A stretch of DNA of 64,000 nt from the NCBI GenBank assembly GCA_028534125.1, contig CM052817.1, positions 62,560,001-62,624,000 on the forward strand. The letters run 5' to 3'. A model generated the notes under the pieces. The model was not told where the DNA came from and searched no databases. It saw only the letters and a program-made list of their open reading frames with translations. The stretch is from Lama glama (taxonomy: Eukaryota). This document shows positions 1-11,243 of this stretch, one piece after another. A program made the position numbers and the translations under genes. Numbering within the stretch: the first letter of the stretch is position 1; every line of letters starts with the position of its first letter.

Positions 1-120
1 ATAATGGAACCTCAGTTTAATTACCTGTAATATGACCATAATTAAACTTGTGCCATCTGGTTGTCAGAGATCAAAATGAGGAAGTTTATTTGGGGGCTTT
101 ATAAATTGTGAAACATATTG
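1..120 (+). mobile_element. MIR SINE 3' part (cut by window edge)
   Basis: CCTCAGTTT..ACCTGTAA..GGTTGTCAGAGATCAAAATGAG resembles the MIR core and 3' half. Confidence 0.6.
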
Positions 121-586
121 CTTCACTCTGATTACCCTGAAAATAATTGTATGTTTGTTATTGTTTGTATTATTTCTGTTAATACATAACTATATGTCGA
201 CCAAGTAAAAATATCTTGAAAACAAGATAGAAATTCTAAGGTAGACAGCTACTCTGCATGCAGAGAAGTGCCCTTCCCTTCTTTAAATCTGGTCTATAGA
301 GGCCCTTGAAAATATAAGAGGATGATATTTCAGAGCTGGAGAAGTAGCTCTCTTCTAAATGGGAATGCATGCCTGACTGCTTCACATATTAATCATAAGA
401 TAGTTATCAAATTAACTGAAAGCTGTTGCAATCCCAAGCATGCTTTAAAATAATAAGTTAAAATATCAAATAATAAAAAGGGTCTGGTAGAGTTAAGTTT
501 TGCTTTTCCTATTTATTTCTGTCTTTATATTAATAACACTTATACAGTGTGATAAATTACTAATTTGTTCTTTATGCATTCCAAAG

Positions 587-619
587 CTGATAGACTACGT
601 GTCGCAGTCTGGAACGTAG
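587..619 (+). CDS. Candidate terminal coding exon segment (phase 0: LIDYVSQSGT*) of an unidentified gene whose upstream exons lie outside the window
   Basis: Branch point TACTAAT at 558-564, pyrimidine tract, acceptor AAG ending at 586. Three CpGs survive in 33 nt of CpG-poor DNA. TAG at 617-619 is followed by UTR-like unique sequence and AATAAA at 1152. Phase cannot be proven; the phase-1 frame stays open longer (xDRLRVAVWNVEHH...). Confidence 0.55.
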   Translation: MIDYVSQSGT

Positions 620-1151
620 AGCATCACTGTGTGTATCAGAGTCTGGCAGTTTCTTTGACTCTTGGAGGCCATTGTGTTCTATGATGTGTTTGATAAGTAG
701 CTTCCACCAAATACACTTTTCAGAGAGAAAGACAGGTTTTTAGACAATTAACAACACTTTTGAGATAAGAAGTTTGGAATATCTATGGTTGGAATAGCTG
801 ACACAGCTCTGTATAGCCTGATGAAAAAGTGAAGTGGCTGTTTTACTTTAGGATTTCTTAAGATTTAAAGTATATTTATTTCAATTGTGCCTCATAATAT
901 TTAAAATAATACTCTCACAACACACACAAAATTACTGGATGTTATTTTTAGACATTTAGGTGCTCTTACCGTAATTGCTATGAGGAAAGGCAATAGGACC
1001 AAATCTAGTACTGATAGAATCAAAATGCTATATTTAGCCTGCACGAAAACTTTCTTCTGGGAATTACATAATGCTCTGTCCTATTTAACATAGCATATGG
1101 ATGTAGCATATACCATTATTGTAGTCTTCCTTTTCTATCAAAATGCTAATG

Positions 1152-1157
1152 AATAAA
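1152..1157 (+). promoter_or_regulatory. Candidate polyadenylation signal AATAAA
   Basis: Canonical hexamer ~530 nt after the candidate stop codon, followed by T-rich sequence. Confidence 0.3.
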
Positions 1158-1539
1158 AAGGGATTTCATTTTTATTAAGGAGGGTAGACATACAAGTGTG
1201 GGAGAGTGAATTAAAAACAAACCTACTGGGAGAAGAGATAAGAATTCTAGACATCTGCGTGATTCTTCCTCTCACATATCAAACTCAGAATCATACACCC
1301 ACTGGGAAGAGGGGAAGTATTAAAATACAAAAGAAAACTGAACCCAAACTTATGAAAGAATAGCACCAAAAGTATTCAGTAAAAGCAATCAGTTTTCTTA
1401 TTTTCTTCATAAACAACATTGGTATTCTTAAAATCTAGGGGCACACATAGTAGGTGGTTTTATCTTTTCTTCTTTTTGTCATTTAAAAAAATATTTAAGA
1501 AAAATGTAATAATACTAGCATTTTACTGTTCTGAAATTT

Positions 1540-1730
1540 TCTCCTCATGTCTGTGTTTTTCCTTGCTGACATGCCTTTGGCTAATTCAATATACATTACT
1601 GTCTCCTTTTGCCTGCAAAAAATGTTATGAATCTGATCCTAGTTTAATCTTTATCCCAAATCCATACCACCCTTTCAGGTTTCAGATCCATTCAAGTATG
1701 TCTCTTATAGAGCCATTTAGATGGGTAAAT
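1540..1730 (+). mobile_element. Degenerate L2 fragment
   Basis: Pyrimidine-rich L2-like text (..CCACCCTTTCAGGTTTCAG..TCTCTTATAGAGCC). Confidence 0.4.
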
Positions 1731-1840
1731 TAGGTACCCTGAAAAGTCATTAGATGACTTCACTTTCTATTCTTTTTTGTCGGAAAATTAGAAACAAGTG
1801 TTCCTCCTTAAAATAAAAATGCTTTTGTTTTGACATTCAG

Positions 1841-1953
1841 CTGAATTGTTTGAGAGACCGTTTTTCATGATGATCACTAACAAAAGTGAAGAACCTGAAA
1901 GAAACCATGCTATTTATGATGGACTTACTGGTGACAGGAAAAGAAAATATTGA
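1841..1953 (+). CDS. Candidate alternative terminal exon (phase 0: LNCLRDRFS* to 1870; phase 1: xELFERPFFMMITNKSEEPERNHAIYDGLTGDRKRKY* to 1953)
   Basis: Acceptor CTTTTGTTTTGACATTCAG ending at 1840, unique purine-rich downstream sequence, ATTAAA at 2133 and 2155. Confidence 0.35.
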
Positions 1954-2154
1954 AAAGCTGGATGTCCCAACTGGATTTGCAAAGGACGTTAACACTTTAA
2001 AGCTATATAATGTACTTAAAATTACTAAGCAGTAACGATTCTGGAAAAAAAAATTCATACTTAAAATTCCTACTTAAAATGTAACGTTGCTTTCAAGACT
2101 TAAAACTCTTTAACTACTTTTTTACACCTGAAATTAAAGGTTTTAAAAATATAA

Positions 2155-2160
2155 ATTAAA
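2155..2160 (+). promoter_or_regulatory. Candidate polyadenylation signal ATTAAA (second copy at 2133-2138)
   Basis: Variant hexamers at the end of the unique block that follows the 1841 acceptor. Confidence 0.25.
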
Positions 2161-2329
2161 AGTGACATTCCAAATGGATTATCATATGGATGTCAAGATA
2201 AAGTCCAAAATAAGAAATGCCTTTTCTCTTCCAATATTTTGTTATCCTATATTAACTTTCTTGGTAGATATGCGGATTAATTCTACTTCCCAAACAAGAA
2301 AACTGACAACCATCTTATATGCATCATTC

Positions 2330-2935
2330 CTCTCCCATATCTGGCTATTCAGCAAACCTCTATTTCTTTCGATTGCTCTGTTACTTCCTATTCCCACTGC
2401 CGTTTCCTTACTGAGAAATCATCCATAATTCATCCTACTGCCAAGAGATCTCTAAAACTGAAGTCTAGTCTTTACCTCCTCAATGTTGGAGAAGACATTT
2501 ACCCCTATCATCATGACAGCTGAAGCTTTTTTTATGATTTAAACTCTAGTTGCCAAACCATTTTCCATTGGTGAGATGCTTTATACTTCACTTTATATTT
2601 CAGGAAATTTGATTTTTTCCCAAACATCCTATAGATTATATTAATTTTATACTTTCATACTTTTGCTTAATTTGTTACCTCTTTCCAGACTGCTTTTCTA
2701 TTCTTTCTACTTAAGCAAATAAAATAAAATATTACATTCAGAGTCCAAGAGAGGTGTTACATTGTTAAGGAAATCTTTGCAGATGACATCTCCCACATGT
2801 GTATTCACACACCCTCTATCTTACCTTTGAAAAATGTTTATGAGCTTGTTTTTGCATTGTTACCCAGTGGTTACAAACCTTCACAACAGGCTCTCCTACT
2901 GTGAGTTCCTGGAAGAGCAACATAATGCATTACTC
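2330..2935 (+). mobile_element. Degenerate L2 LINE
   Basis: L2-like 3' text ending ..CTACTGTGAGTTCCTGGAAGAGCA..TACTCAT. Confidence 0.5.
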
Positions 2936-3866
2936 ATATTTCTATCTTCACAATAAAATGAGGTTTAAAAATGGAATAAATAAGACAAGGTACAGGAAAT
3001 ATGTAAGTCATACGACAGGGATAGGCAAATGCTAGTGTATTGAAACCCTGAAGAATGGCAGAATGACAGCATCTTAGGATAGAAGGAACAATAGTTGTTA
3101 AAGGCTCAGTAGAGGATGATTTTAAAACATTATGCTGCCTCCTTTGGGTTGTAACCATTGTGTGAGTTGTATGTAGTAAAAAAGCCCATCTGTTTGTTGC
3201 TGACCTAGCTAAGATAAGTGAATTTCTTTTTTCTCATATCCTAGGATACCTTCCTGCATTAATTAGGGTAGAAAGGCCCACAGTTAATGGACTATTCAAG
3301 ATGTTCTGATTTGGATGGATTTGACCATTGTGTGAAGCACTTTCTTAAGTGCTCTCTCAGGTTTTATCTTTCTTCCAGCTCATTTGACTTTTTGGTGCTC
3401 TCTCGCCTCTCTTGTGACCAAAAAAAAAAAAAAATCCTGCTTTTCATTTTAATTTTATTCAATGCTGCGTTCTTGTTTTTCGTAGGCTTTTTTTTTTTTT
3501 GGTTGGCTTAACAGATGGTAGATATATTTTAATACTTAACCTATTTAGAAGTAGTTAGGAAAATAATACTTTATTGGTAAATATCAAATTAAATAGAATA
3601 GTCACTCAAATGAGAATTTTATACATTTTTACCTACATTTGAATAGTGTTATATGTTATTATAATACGAAATTTAAAAGGTATAATTATTGATACTCTAA
3701 GTGTAACAAACTTATTATAAAAGACCCACACTTGACTGGTAGGTTTTTTTTTTTTCTCACCAGATTTGGTTTTGGAATTAAGCTTGTGAGTGATCTGAAA
3801 TTATAAATACAATATTAATTTAAATAAGAAAATAATTTCCAGTAATTCCTGGGACATGGTAAGTCC

Positions 3867-3916
3867 TGTATGTATATATATATATATATATGTGTGTGTG
3901 TATATATATATATATA
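3867..3916. repeat. Compound (TA)n(TG)n(TA)n microsatellite
   Basis: Directly visible. Confidence 0.95.
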
Positions 3917-4339
3917 GTTAAATTATTAAATGAAGAACTGTATTTTGTAGTTTTCACATTTTTTTCCTGTCATAACCACATTTGAAAATAAACATTTAAA
4001 AATATTCTTAATCCAGAGTTGCAATTAAAGATACCAGAAAATTTGTGATGTTTTTTTAAAAATCTTTTCATATTCCCTGATTGTTTTAGGTTCTCAGGAA
4101 ACTTTCAAATAATTACTATACATTTTCTAAGAAACTTTGATGTCCCATAAGTTTCTCACTCTTAAATATAGTTTATTTTCATTAAGCTTTGTTTTTAAAG
4201 AGATATTTTGATTTTCTTTTGAACACAATATAAAACTACCATTAGCTAAGAAGTCAGTGCTTGACAGTGTAACAATGTCTTTTGAACTTGAGGTTTTGCT
4301 ATTGTCAAGTATATATTCAAGCTATCTATCAATCACCTA

Positions 4340-4800
4340 TCAGTCATTTATCCATTCATCCATTCATCTACCTATCCAACATACATATATTCAGTACACA
4401 CTCTGAAATTAGTGAGTTGTTGCTAAAGATTATATGGTAAATCAACCTAGGCTTTGTCTTCAAAAAGCTTACACTCTAATATGGTAGGTCAAATGCATAT
4501 ATAATCATAACAGCAGGTAACATTTGTTAAATAGTATAATATGTGTAAAGATTAGGTGCTACAAAATAACCAAGAAGGGTAAACTTCTTTCTAATGGGAG
4601 AATAAAGGAAATTTTAATGAAGAAAATAGTACTTAAATGTAACCTTAAAAATGGCTGTAAAATATGGGGACATAAGATGAGGAAAGAAAGACCATTACAA
4701 GTATGAGAAATGGACCGCCTGTATGTGTAAATGCATATCATTCAGGTTGACTGGTGTGCATTGTGGATCAGTGAAGCTCTCATCAATAAGGTGGAAGGGA
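4340..4800 (-). mobile_element. Degenerate L2 LINE 3' end
   Basis: (CATT)n-like tail followed by typical antisense L2 text. Confidence 0.55.
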
Positions 4801-5084
4801 ATTTGTGACCAGTTTTTAGAGATCATCTCTTTAGTTCTTTCTCACTATCATACTTGTACTGATTCTTCAGATGCACTCCTGCTTTGTCATATGAGTGTAT
4901 CCCTTTCCATCTTTCCCTCACCTCAGTCAGATTTTTATGTTAATGACATTATTCAAAAGTTACTTCCCTCTGTAATCTGTGCTTTATGAAGACAATGAAG
5001 TAGCAAAGTGAGGGTGGGAGAGCAATTTATTTTCCCCAACATTTTCAAAGCAAGTCATTTTAAACCAGTCAGTGTTTTGCTTGT

Positions 5085-5111
5085 TTTGTTTGTTTGTTTG
5101 TTTGTTTGTTT
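5085..5111. repeat. (TTTG)n microsatellite
   Basis: Directly visible. Confidence 0.9.
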
Positions 5112-5342
5112 AAGATCTTGTAAGAGCTTAGCACTGTGTCAGAAGCATTTGGAGAACATGAAGGAGATCCTGAATTTAATATGCAACTGGCTTTTAGAAC
5201 AGGCAAAATTCACTCAGGGAGAATTAAAAATTTAACAAATTTGAGATAGAATGAAATTGCATTCCAAAATTCATGGTTAACCAAGAAGGGATTCTAGGTG
5301 CATCATATTTTGAATTAAACAAAGAAAATAACTGATTAATGA

Positions 5343-5990
5343 ATTCATTCATTTATTCACAAATATTTATTGAGTACCTGCCATGTACCAGACACTGTTC
5401 CAACCAGGGGAGATAGAGTAGTGAATAAAAACATGTAAATATATGCCTCCCTGCTTCATGAAGCCTTAATTGAAATGAGGAAACTCCAACAGTAAACTAT
5501 AAACAAATAACCTTTATGTTTTATCAGACAGTAATAAGTGCTATGGACGAAAATTATTTAAAGATAAGGGGAGCTGGGAGTATAAAATATTCAGAAATGA
5601 CAAGTTAAAATAGAATGGTTAGGGAAGTCCTCTCTGATGTGGTAATAAAAGCAAATCCTTGAAGATGGTGAAAGAGTGAGCCCTAGTGAGAGAATATTCC
5701 AGACAAAGGTGATATGAAGTCCAGCAACCTTGAGATGGGAGCAGTTGGACTTGGTTATCTGGGGAAGAGGAAAGAGGGCAGTGTGCCTGGAACTGGGGTG
5801 GGGGAAGGTTGGAGAGGGAGAGAGCAAGCTTTAGAGATGGTGCCCGGGAGGTGATACATGATCTTGGAGGCCTTACAGGCCATCCATCGCAAGGATTATG
5901 GCTTCTACTCTGAGTGAGAGAGAAGGCCCTGAAGGACTCTGAGAAGAGGAGTGCCAGGATCTGACTTACATTTAAAGGGATCACCGACTA
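5343..5990 (-). mobile_element. L2 (L2a-like) LINE 3' end
   Basis: ATTCATTCATTTATTCACAAATATTTATTGAGTACCTGCCATGTACCAGACACTGTT is the diagnostic antisense L2 terminus; continues to ..GGATCTGACTTACATTTAAAGGGATCAC. Confidence 0.9.
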
Positions 5991-8431
5991 TGGAGAGTAG
6001 AAAGTAGGGTAGGTGGTTGGGAGCAACTTTGAGTGATAAGAAATCTTTCAGCAAAGTGAAGGGGCTAGAGCAAGAGTTCACAATCAGTGGGGGTACAGGT
6101 CCCAGAAAAACTAATCCAACAATTCATATGCACACAAAGCACTGTCAGTTTGGTCTTAATTTAGCTCTAATAAGATATGCAGCATGAATAATGAATATGT
6201 ATGCAAAGATATTAATGAAATCTACATTCTTTAAATACATACTGATTTTATAAAGAGTATTGTATCATTATGATCGTCTTAATCAATGGATTCTAAGAGA
6301 AAAATTACTACAATATAAGGGACCTATAAGTTTTCGTTATTAAAAAAAAGTTTATGTTATTGAAGTTGGAAGCCACTGTGCTAAATAAGAGGACTTGAGC
6401 TTCTTGGTGAATTTTTTCTTTATTTTCAAAAGGAAGACATGAGAAGTGGCCAATATGCAGGAACAAGTCAGTAGATTGGCCAATATTTATAGATTTCCTG
6501 CTGTATCCCACTGTCCTTTGTATCCCTCTTTGCGGGGATTAAATGTAATAATGGAGCAGCAGGGATACCTGCAGGGATACTGAGGAGGCTAGCTCAAGCA
6601 CCATGGCTGTTAGATTCTGTTTTCTTAAACCTCAAGATCTCGTAGCACTACAGGTCTTGGAATTTTTCCAAAGCAATTAAATACGTCCTTTGGAAATAAC
6701 CCATAGCTCCTCCTCCATACATCTTTATAGCAATAACTGTGATACATAAATATGGGAAAAGAATTGAAATCAAACATACAGACACACATGTGATTTTACA
6801 TAGACACTGAAAACTTTACAGTTACTGGTTGTCCAAATTATGCTTATAGTTTCTTGTGGACTTTAGGAATAAAATGTATTTTAAAATGGTGCTCTCTTTA
6901 TTAACTTCCAAAAATGTCAGAAAATCAGTATGCTGATAATAAATAACACTGGACAAACATTATTAATTTTTCTTTTTGAAAAAAACTTGCTGGAACATTG
7001 GCATACTCTATTAAACTAAAATGATCAACCTTTTTATAATTTCTGATAAATACATAGACATAGGTATATGAACTTTTGTTAATATTTACATTAAATCATC
7101 AGATTGTTGGTCAGAATGACAGCTTCATTTTGAGATATTCCCAGCCTCTACTTTCTGCTAGTGTCCACTAAAATAAATCACACTGTAACTGATATCAATG
7201 TATTTCTGTTTCCCCAGAGAGCTCCCTTGACCATGGCATGTCCTCTATTTCAAGGTCAGTGCATTAATGACAACACATTACTCTGGTGAGTCAGTCCAGT
7301 CCCTTAGCTTGCAAAATGTTGAAATTTTGCTAAAAGCAATTCTTGAATTAATTGTAACTGTCTGGCCAGTTCAGTCCCATCTGAATTGGCCAAATTGTAC
7401 TTTTCAGAAGAAAGTAAAGCCCCTTTAAAATGCTAGGCTGTATTCCGAATTGCGCGAGAAGTGGCCACAGAATATAGCTTTCTCTTCTGCCTCCTGAATA
7501 GCTCGAGGCTCAGCACAGGGAACCCTCCCTCTTACTGCTCACACTCTGCTTTATCTCTTGACACTGGAAGCTTTCCTGTTTGTCTGGTATTTCTACTCTA
7601 CAATCAAATCAATTTATGTCTACCCCTCAACTTGTCTTCTTTCAAAACTCCACTTTAATTAGAAACAAATCTTTGTATTAGACAAGCAACAAAGACAGCA
7701 ATATAGAGGGAAAGGTTGATGGGAATCTGTCCACATTATTTACCAAATGGTTCAGTATTTCCAAGCAGCTGATGACAGACCAGTCATCAATCCAAATTCA
7801 TTTCCAGAGAGACACATAAAAACTTCACTGCTTAACAGAGCTCAAAATACCCGCCTGCCACTCTGACTGCAGTGCAAGGGGAGGCTGTTCTGCTGATGCT
7901 GGGGATCTTCTCCAAGCTTTCTCATTGGGTATCGCCGTCTGATGCTAATTATATTGTTGATGGTTCTAATTTTGGTTTAGAGTGGAAATTTTTTTAGTAC
8001 TTCAGGTTTGGGTGATGGAGTTGTCACGGTGAAAAGCCGGATCATGGAAAAATGTGTGTAAATATATATGTGTGTGTGCATGCATGGATTTGAGTATAAC
8101 TGTCATGGACTCTACAAGTTCAATGTAACAATACGGTTACATCTCTTCTTCATTTCTACTTAATCGCTTAAGCACCTTTACTTCTCGTTAATACACGGTT
8201 TATTATTTTCTTCTTGAGAACCCCTCTCCTTGCACTTCGAGCACTTACACAATTTAGCAAGGGGTTAATCTGGGCTTCGACAGTCAAATGCTGAGAAAAG
8301 TGGGGTCTGATTAGCTTCTCACTACCATTGCTTCTTGCTGCTACACATCGTGTGGCACAGTCTAATTTCCCTCGTGCCCAGACTCACTGAGGAGGGCCAC
8401 ATTTCACTTGGGCTCCCAAAAGGCAGTTTTT

Positions 8432-9399
8432 CACAGACATAGACCCACTAGAATATAGTCAACTGATTTTTGACCAAGGTTTAAAGGCAATACAATGTAT
8501 CAAAGGCATTCTTTTCAACAAATAATGCTGGAACAATTGGACATACACATATAAAAAAAAGAATCTAGACACAGACTTTATACCCTTCAAAAATTAACTC
8601 AAAAGGGATCACAGACTTAAATATAAAATACTAAACTATAAAATTCCTAGAAAATAAGGGGAAAAATCTAGATGACCTTGGATTTGGCAATGACTTTTTT
8701 GATACAACAACAAAAGCAGAATCCATGAAAGAAAGAATTGATAAGCTAGACTTTATTAGAATTAAAAATTCTCCTCTGCTACAGACACTGTCAAGAGAAT
8801 GAAAGGACAAACCACAGATTGGGAGAAAGTGTTTATAAAATACGTACCTGATAAACTATTGCTATTCAAAATTTACGAATAACTCCCAAAACTTGAAAGA
8901 AGAAAACAAACAACCTGATTGAAAAATGGATCATACAACTTCACAGGCACCACACCAAAGAAAATACAAAGAAGGTAAACAAGCATCTGAAAAGATACTT
9001 CACATCATACATTATCAGGGAAATGCAAGTTGAAACAACAATGATAGACTACTACACACCTACTAGAGCGGGCAAAATCCAGAACACTGACGACACCAAA
9101 TGCTAATGAGGATGTGGAACAACAGGATTTCTCATTCATTGCTGGCGGGAATGCAACTAAGCATACCATACCATCTGATAGTCATGTTCCTGGGTATTTT
9201 CCTAAAGGAGTTGAATCTTATGTCCACCCCAAAACATGCACACACGTTTATAGCCACCTTATTCGTAATTGCCAAAACTTGGAAGCAATTTAGATGTCCT
9301 TCAATAGATAAATGGATAAATTAACTGTGGTACATCCACACAATGGAATATTGCTCAGTGCAAAAAACAAATGAGCTATCAAGCCATGAAGAATCATAG
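8432..9399 (+). mobile_element. Old L1 (L1MC-like), ORF2 3' region, 5' piece of a split element
   Basis: CAACTGATTTTTGACCAAGG..GGCAAAATCCAGAACACTGACGACACCAAATGC; ORF 9100-9324 gives the ORF2 C-terminal remnant FIATLFVIAKTWKQ.RCPS. Confidence 0.9.
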
Positions 9400-10151
9400 A
9401 TACTATAAAACTCCTAAAGGAAAACATAGGCAGAACACTGAGATAAATTGCAGCAATATTTTTTTGGATCCATCTCCTAAAGGAAATAAAAGCAAAAATA
9501 AACAAATGGGACCTAATTAAACTTAAAAGCTTTTGCTTAGCAAAGGAAACCATCAACAAAACAAAAAGACAACCTGTGGAATATGAGAAAATATTTGCAA
9601 ATGATATGACAAGAGATTAATATCCAATATATATAAACAGCTCATACAACTCAACATCAAAAAATAAATAACCTGATTAAAAACTAGGCAGAAGGACTGA
9701 ACACTTTTTCAGAGAGGAAGTGTAGGTGGCCAGTAGGCACATGAAAAGATGCTCAACATCACTAACCATTGGGGAAATGCAACTCAAAACCACAATGAGA
9801 TACCACCTCACAGCTGTCAGAATGGCTATCATCAAAAAGAACACAAATAACAAATGTTGGTGAGGACGTGGAGAAGAGGGAACCCTTGTATACAGTTGGT
9901 GGGAATGTAAATTGGTGTAGCCACTGTGGGAAATCATATGGCGATTTCTCAAAAAACTGAAAATAGAACTACCATATATAATCCAGCGATTCTACTCCTG
10001 GTTATATATCTGAATAAAGCAAAAACAGTCATTCGAAAAGATACATGCACCCCAATGTTTATAGCAGCATTTTTTTTTACAATTGCCAAGATATGGAAGC
10101 AACCTAAATGTCCATCAACAGATGAATGAATAAAGAAGAAGTATATACGTA

Positions 10152-10191
<40 letters not shown>

Positions 10192-10580
10192 ATGGAATAC
10201 TTAGGCATAAAAGAAAGAACAGAATTTTGCCATTTGCAGCAACATGGATGGACTTGGAGGACATTATGCTAAGTGAAGTAAGTCAGACAGAGAAAGACAA
10301 ATACTGTATGATATCACTTATATGTGGAATCTAAAAAATACAACAGACTAGTGAATATAGCAAAAAAGAAGCAGACTCACAGTTAGAGGGAACAAACTAG
10401 TTGTTACCAGTGAGCAAAGAGGAGGAGTAGCAATAACAGGTGGGAGGCACAAACTACTGGATGTAAGATAGGCTGAGGGATGTATTGTACAACACAGGGA
10501 TTATAGCCAATATTTTGTAATAACTGTAAATGTAACCTTTAAAAATTATAAAAAAATTAAAATAAGTAAATAAAGAGAAA
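9400..10580 (+). mobile_element. Younger 5'-truncated L1 (cetartiodactyl-type 3' UTR) nested in L1MC
   Basis: ORF2 end KDTCTPMFIAA..IAKIWKQPKCPSTDE, 3' UTR ..GATGTATTGTACAACACAGGGA..AGCCAATATTTTG, A-rich tail. Confidence 0.92.
10154..10188. repeat. (TG)n microsatellite inside L1
   Basis: Directly visible. Confidence 0.95.
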
Positions 10581-11072
10581 AAAGATAATTGAGGAAATTT
10601 AAATGCATATTAAGTGTAGGAAGTCAACTGAGAAGTCTACATACTGTACAATTCCAACTCTATGACATTCTGGAAAAGGCAAAATTATGGAGACAGTAAA
10701 AAGATCATTTGGTTGCTAGGGTTTGGGGATAAGATGGAGGGATACATATATAGCGCATTGAGGATACTTAGGGCAGTGAAAGTATTCTGTATGCTACTAT
10801 AATGGTGGTACATATTGTTATGAATTTGTCCAAACTCATAGAATGGACAACACCAAGAATGAATCCTAAAGTAAACTACTGACTTTCAGTAATAATTGTA
10901 TGTAATTGTGGATTCATAACTTGTAACAAATGTACCACTCTGGTGGGCAGTGCTGAATATGGGAAAGGCTATGCACATGTGTGGGCAAGCAGTACATGGA
11001 AAATCTCTGTACTTTCTGCTCAATATTACTATGAACCTAAAAGTGCCTTAAAAAATAAAATCTATTTTAAAA
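10581..11072 (+). mobile_element. L1MC-like 3' UTR, 3' piece of the split element
   Basis: GAGGAAATTTAAATGCATAT..ACATTCTGGAAAAGGCAAAATTATGGAGACAG..TAAAAAATAAAATCTATT. Confidence 0.9.
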
Positions 11073-11174
11073 AGCAGGATTTTTTTTTTCTGCTCAGGAA
11101 CACATACACCTGCCTTGTGTCACGGGGCACTGAGATGGCAGTCAAGAGCTTAGGGGCTGATCTAGCTTCCATAC

Positions 11175-11243
11175 CTCTCTCTCTCTCTCCCTCCCTCTCT
11201 CTCTCTCTCTCTCTCTGTAGATATATATATATATTTTTTTTTT
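11175..11243. repeat. (CT)n, (AT)n and poly-T run at the L1 tail
   Basis: Directly visible. Confidence 0.9.
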
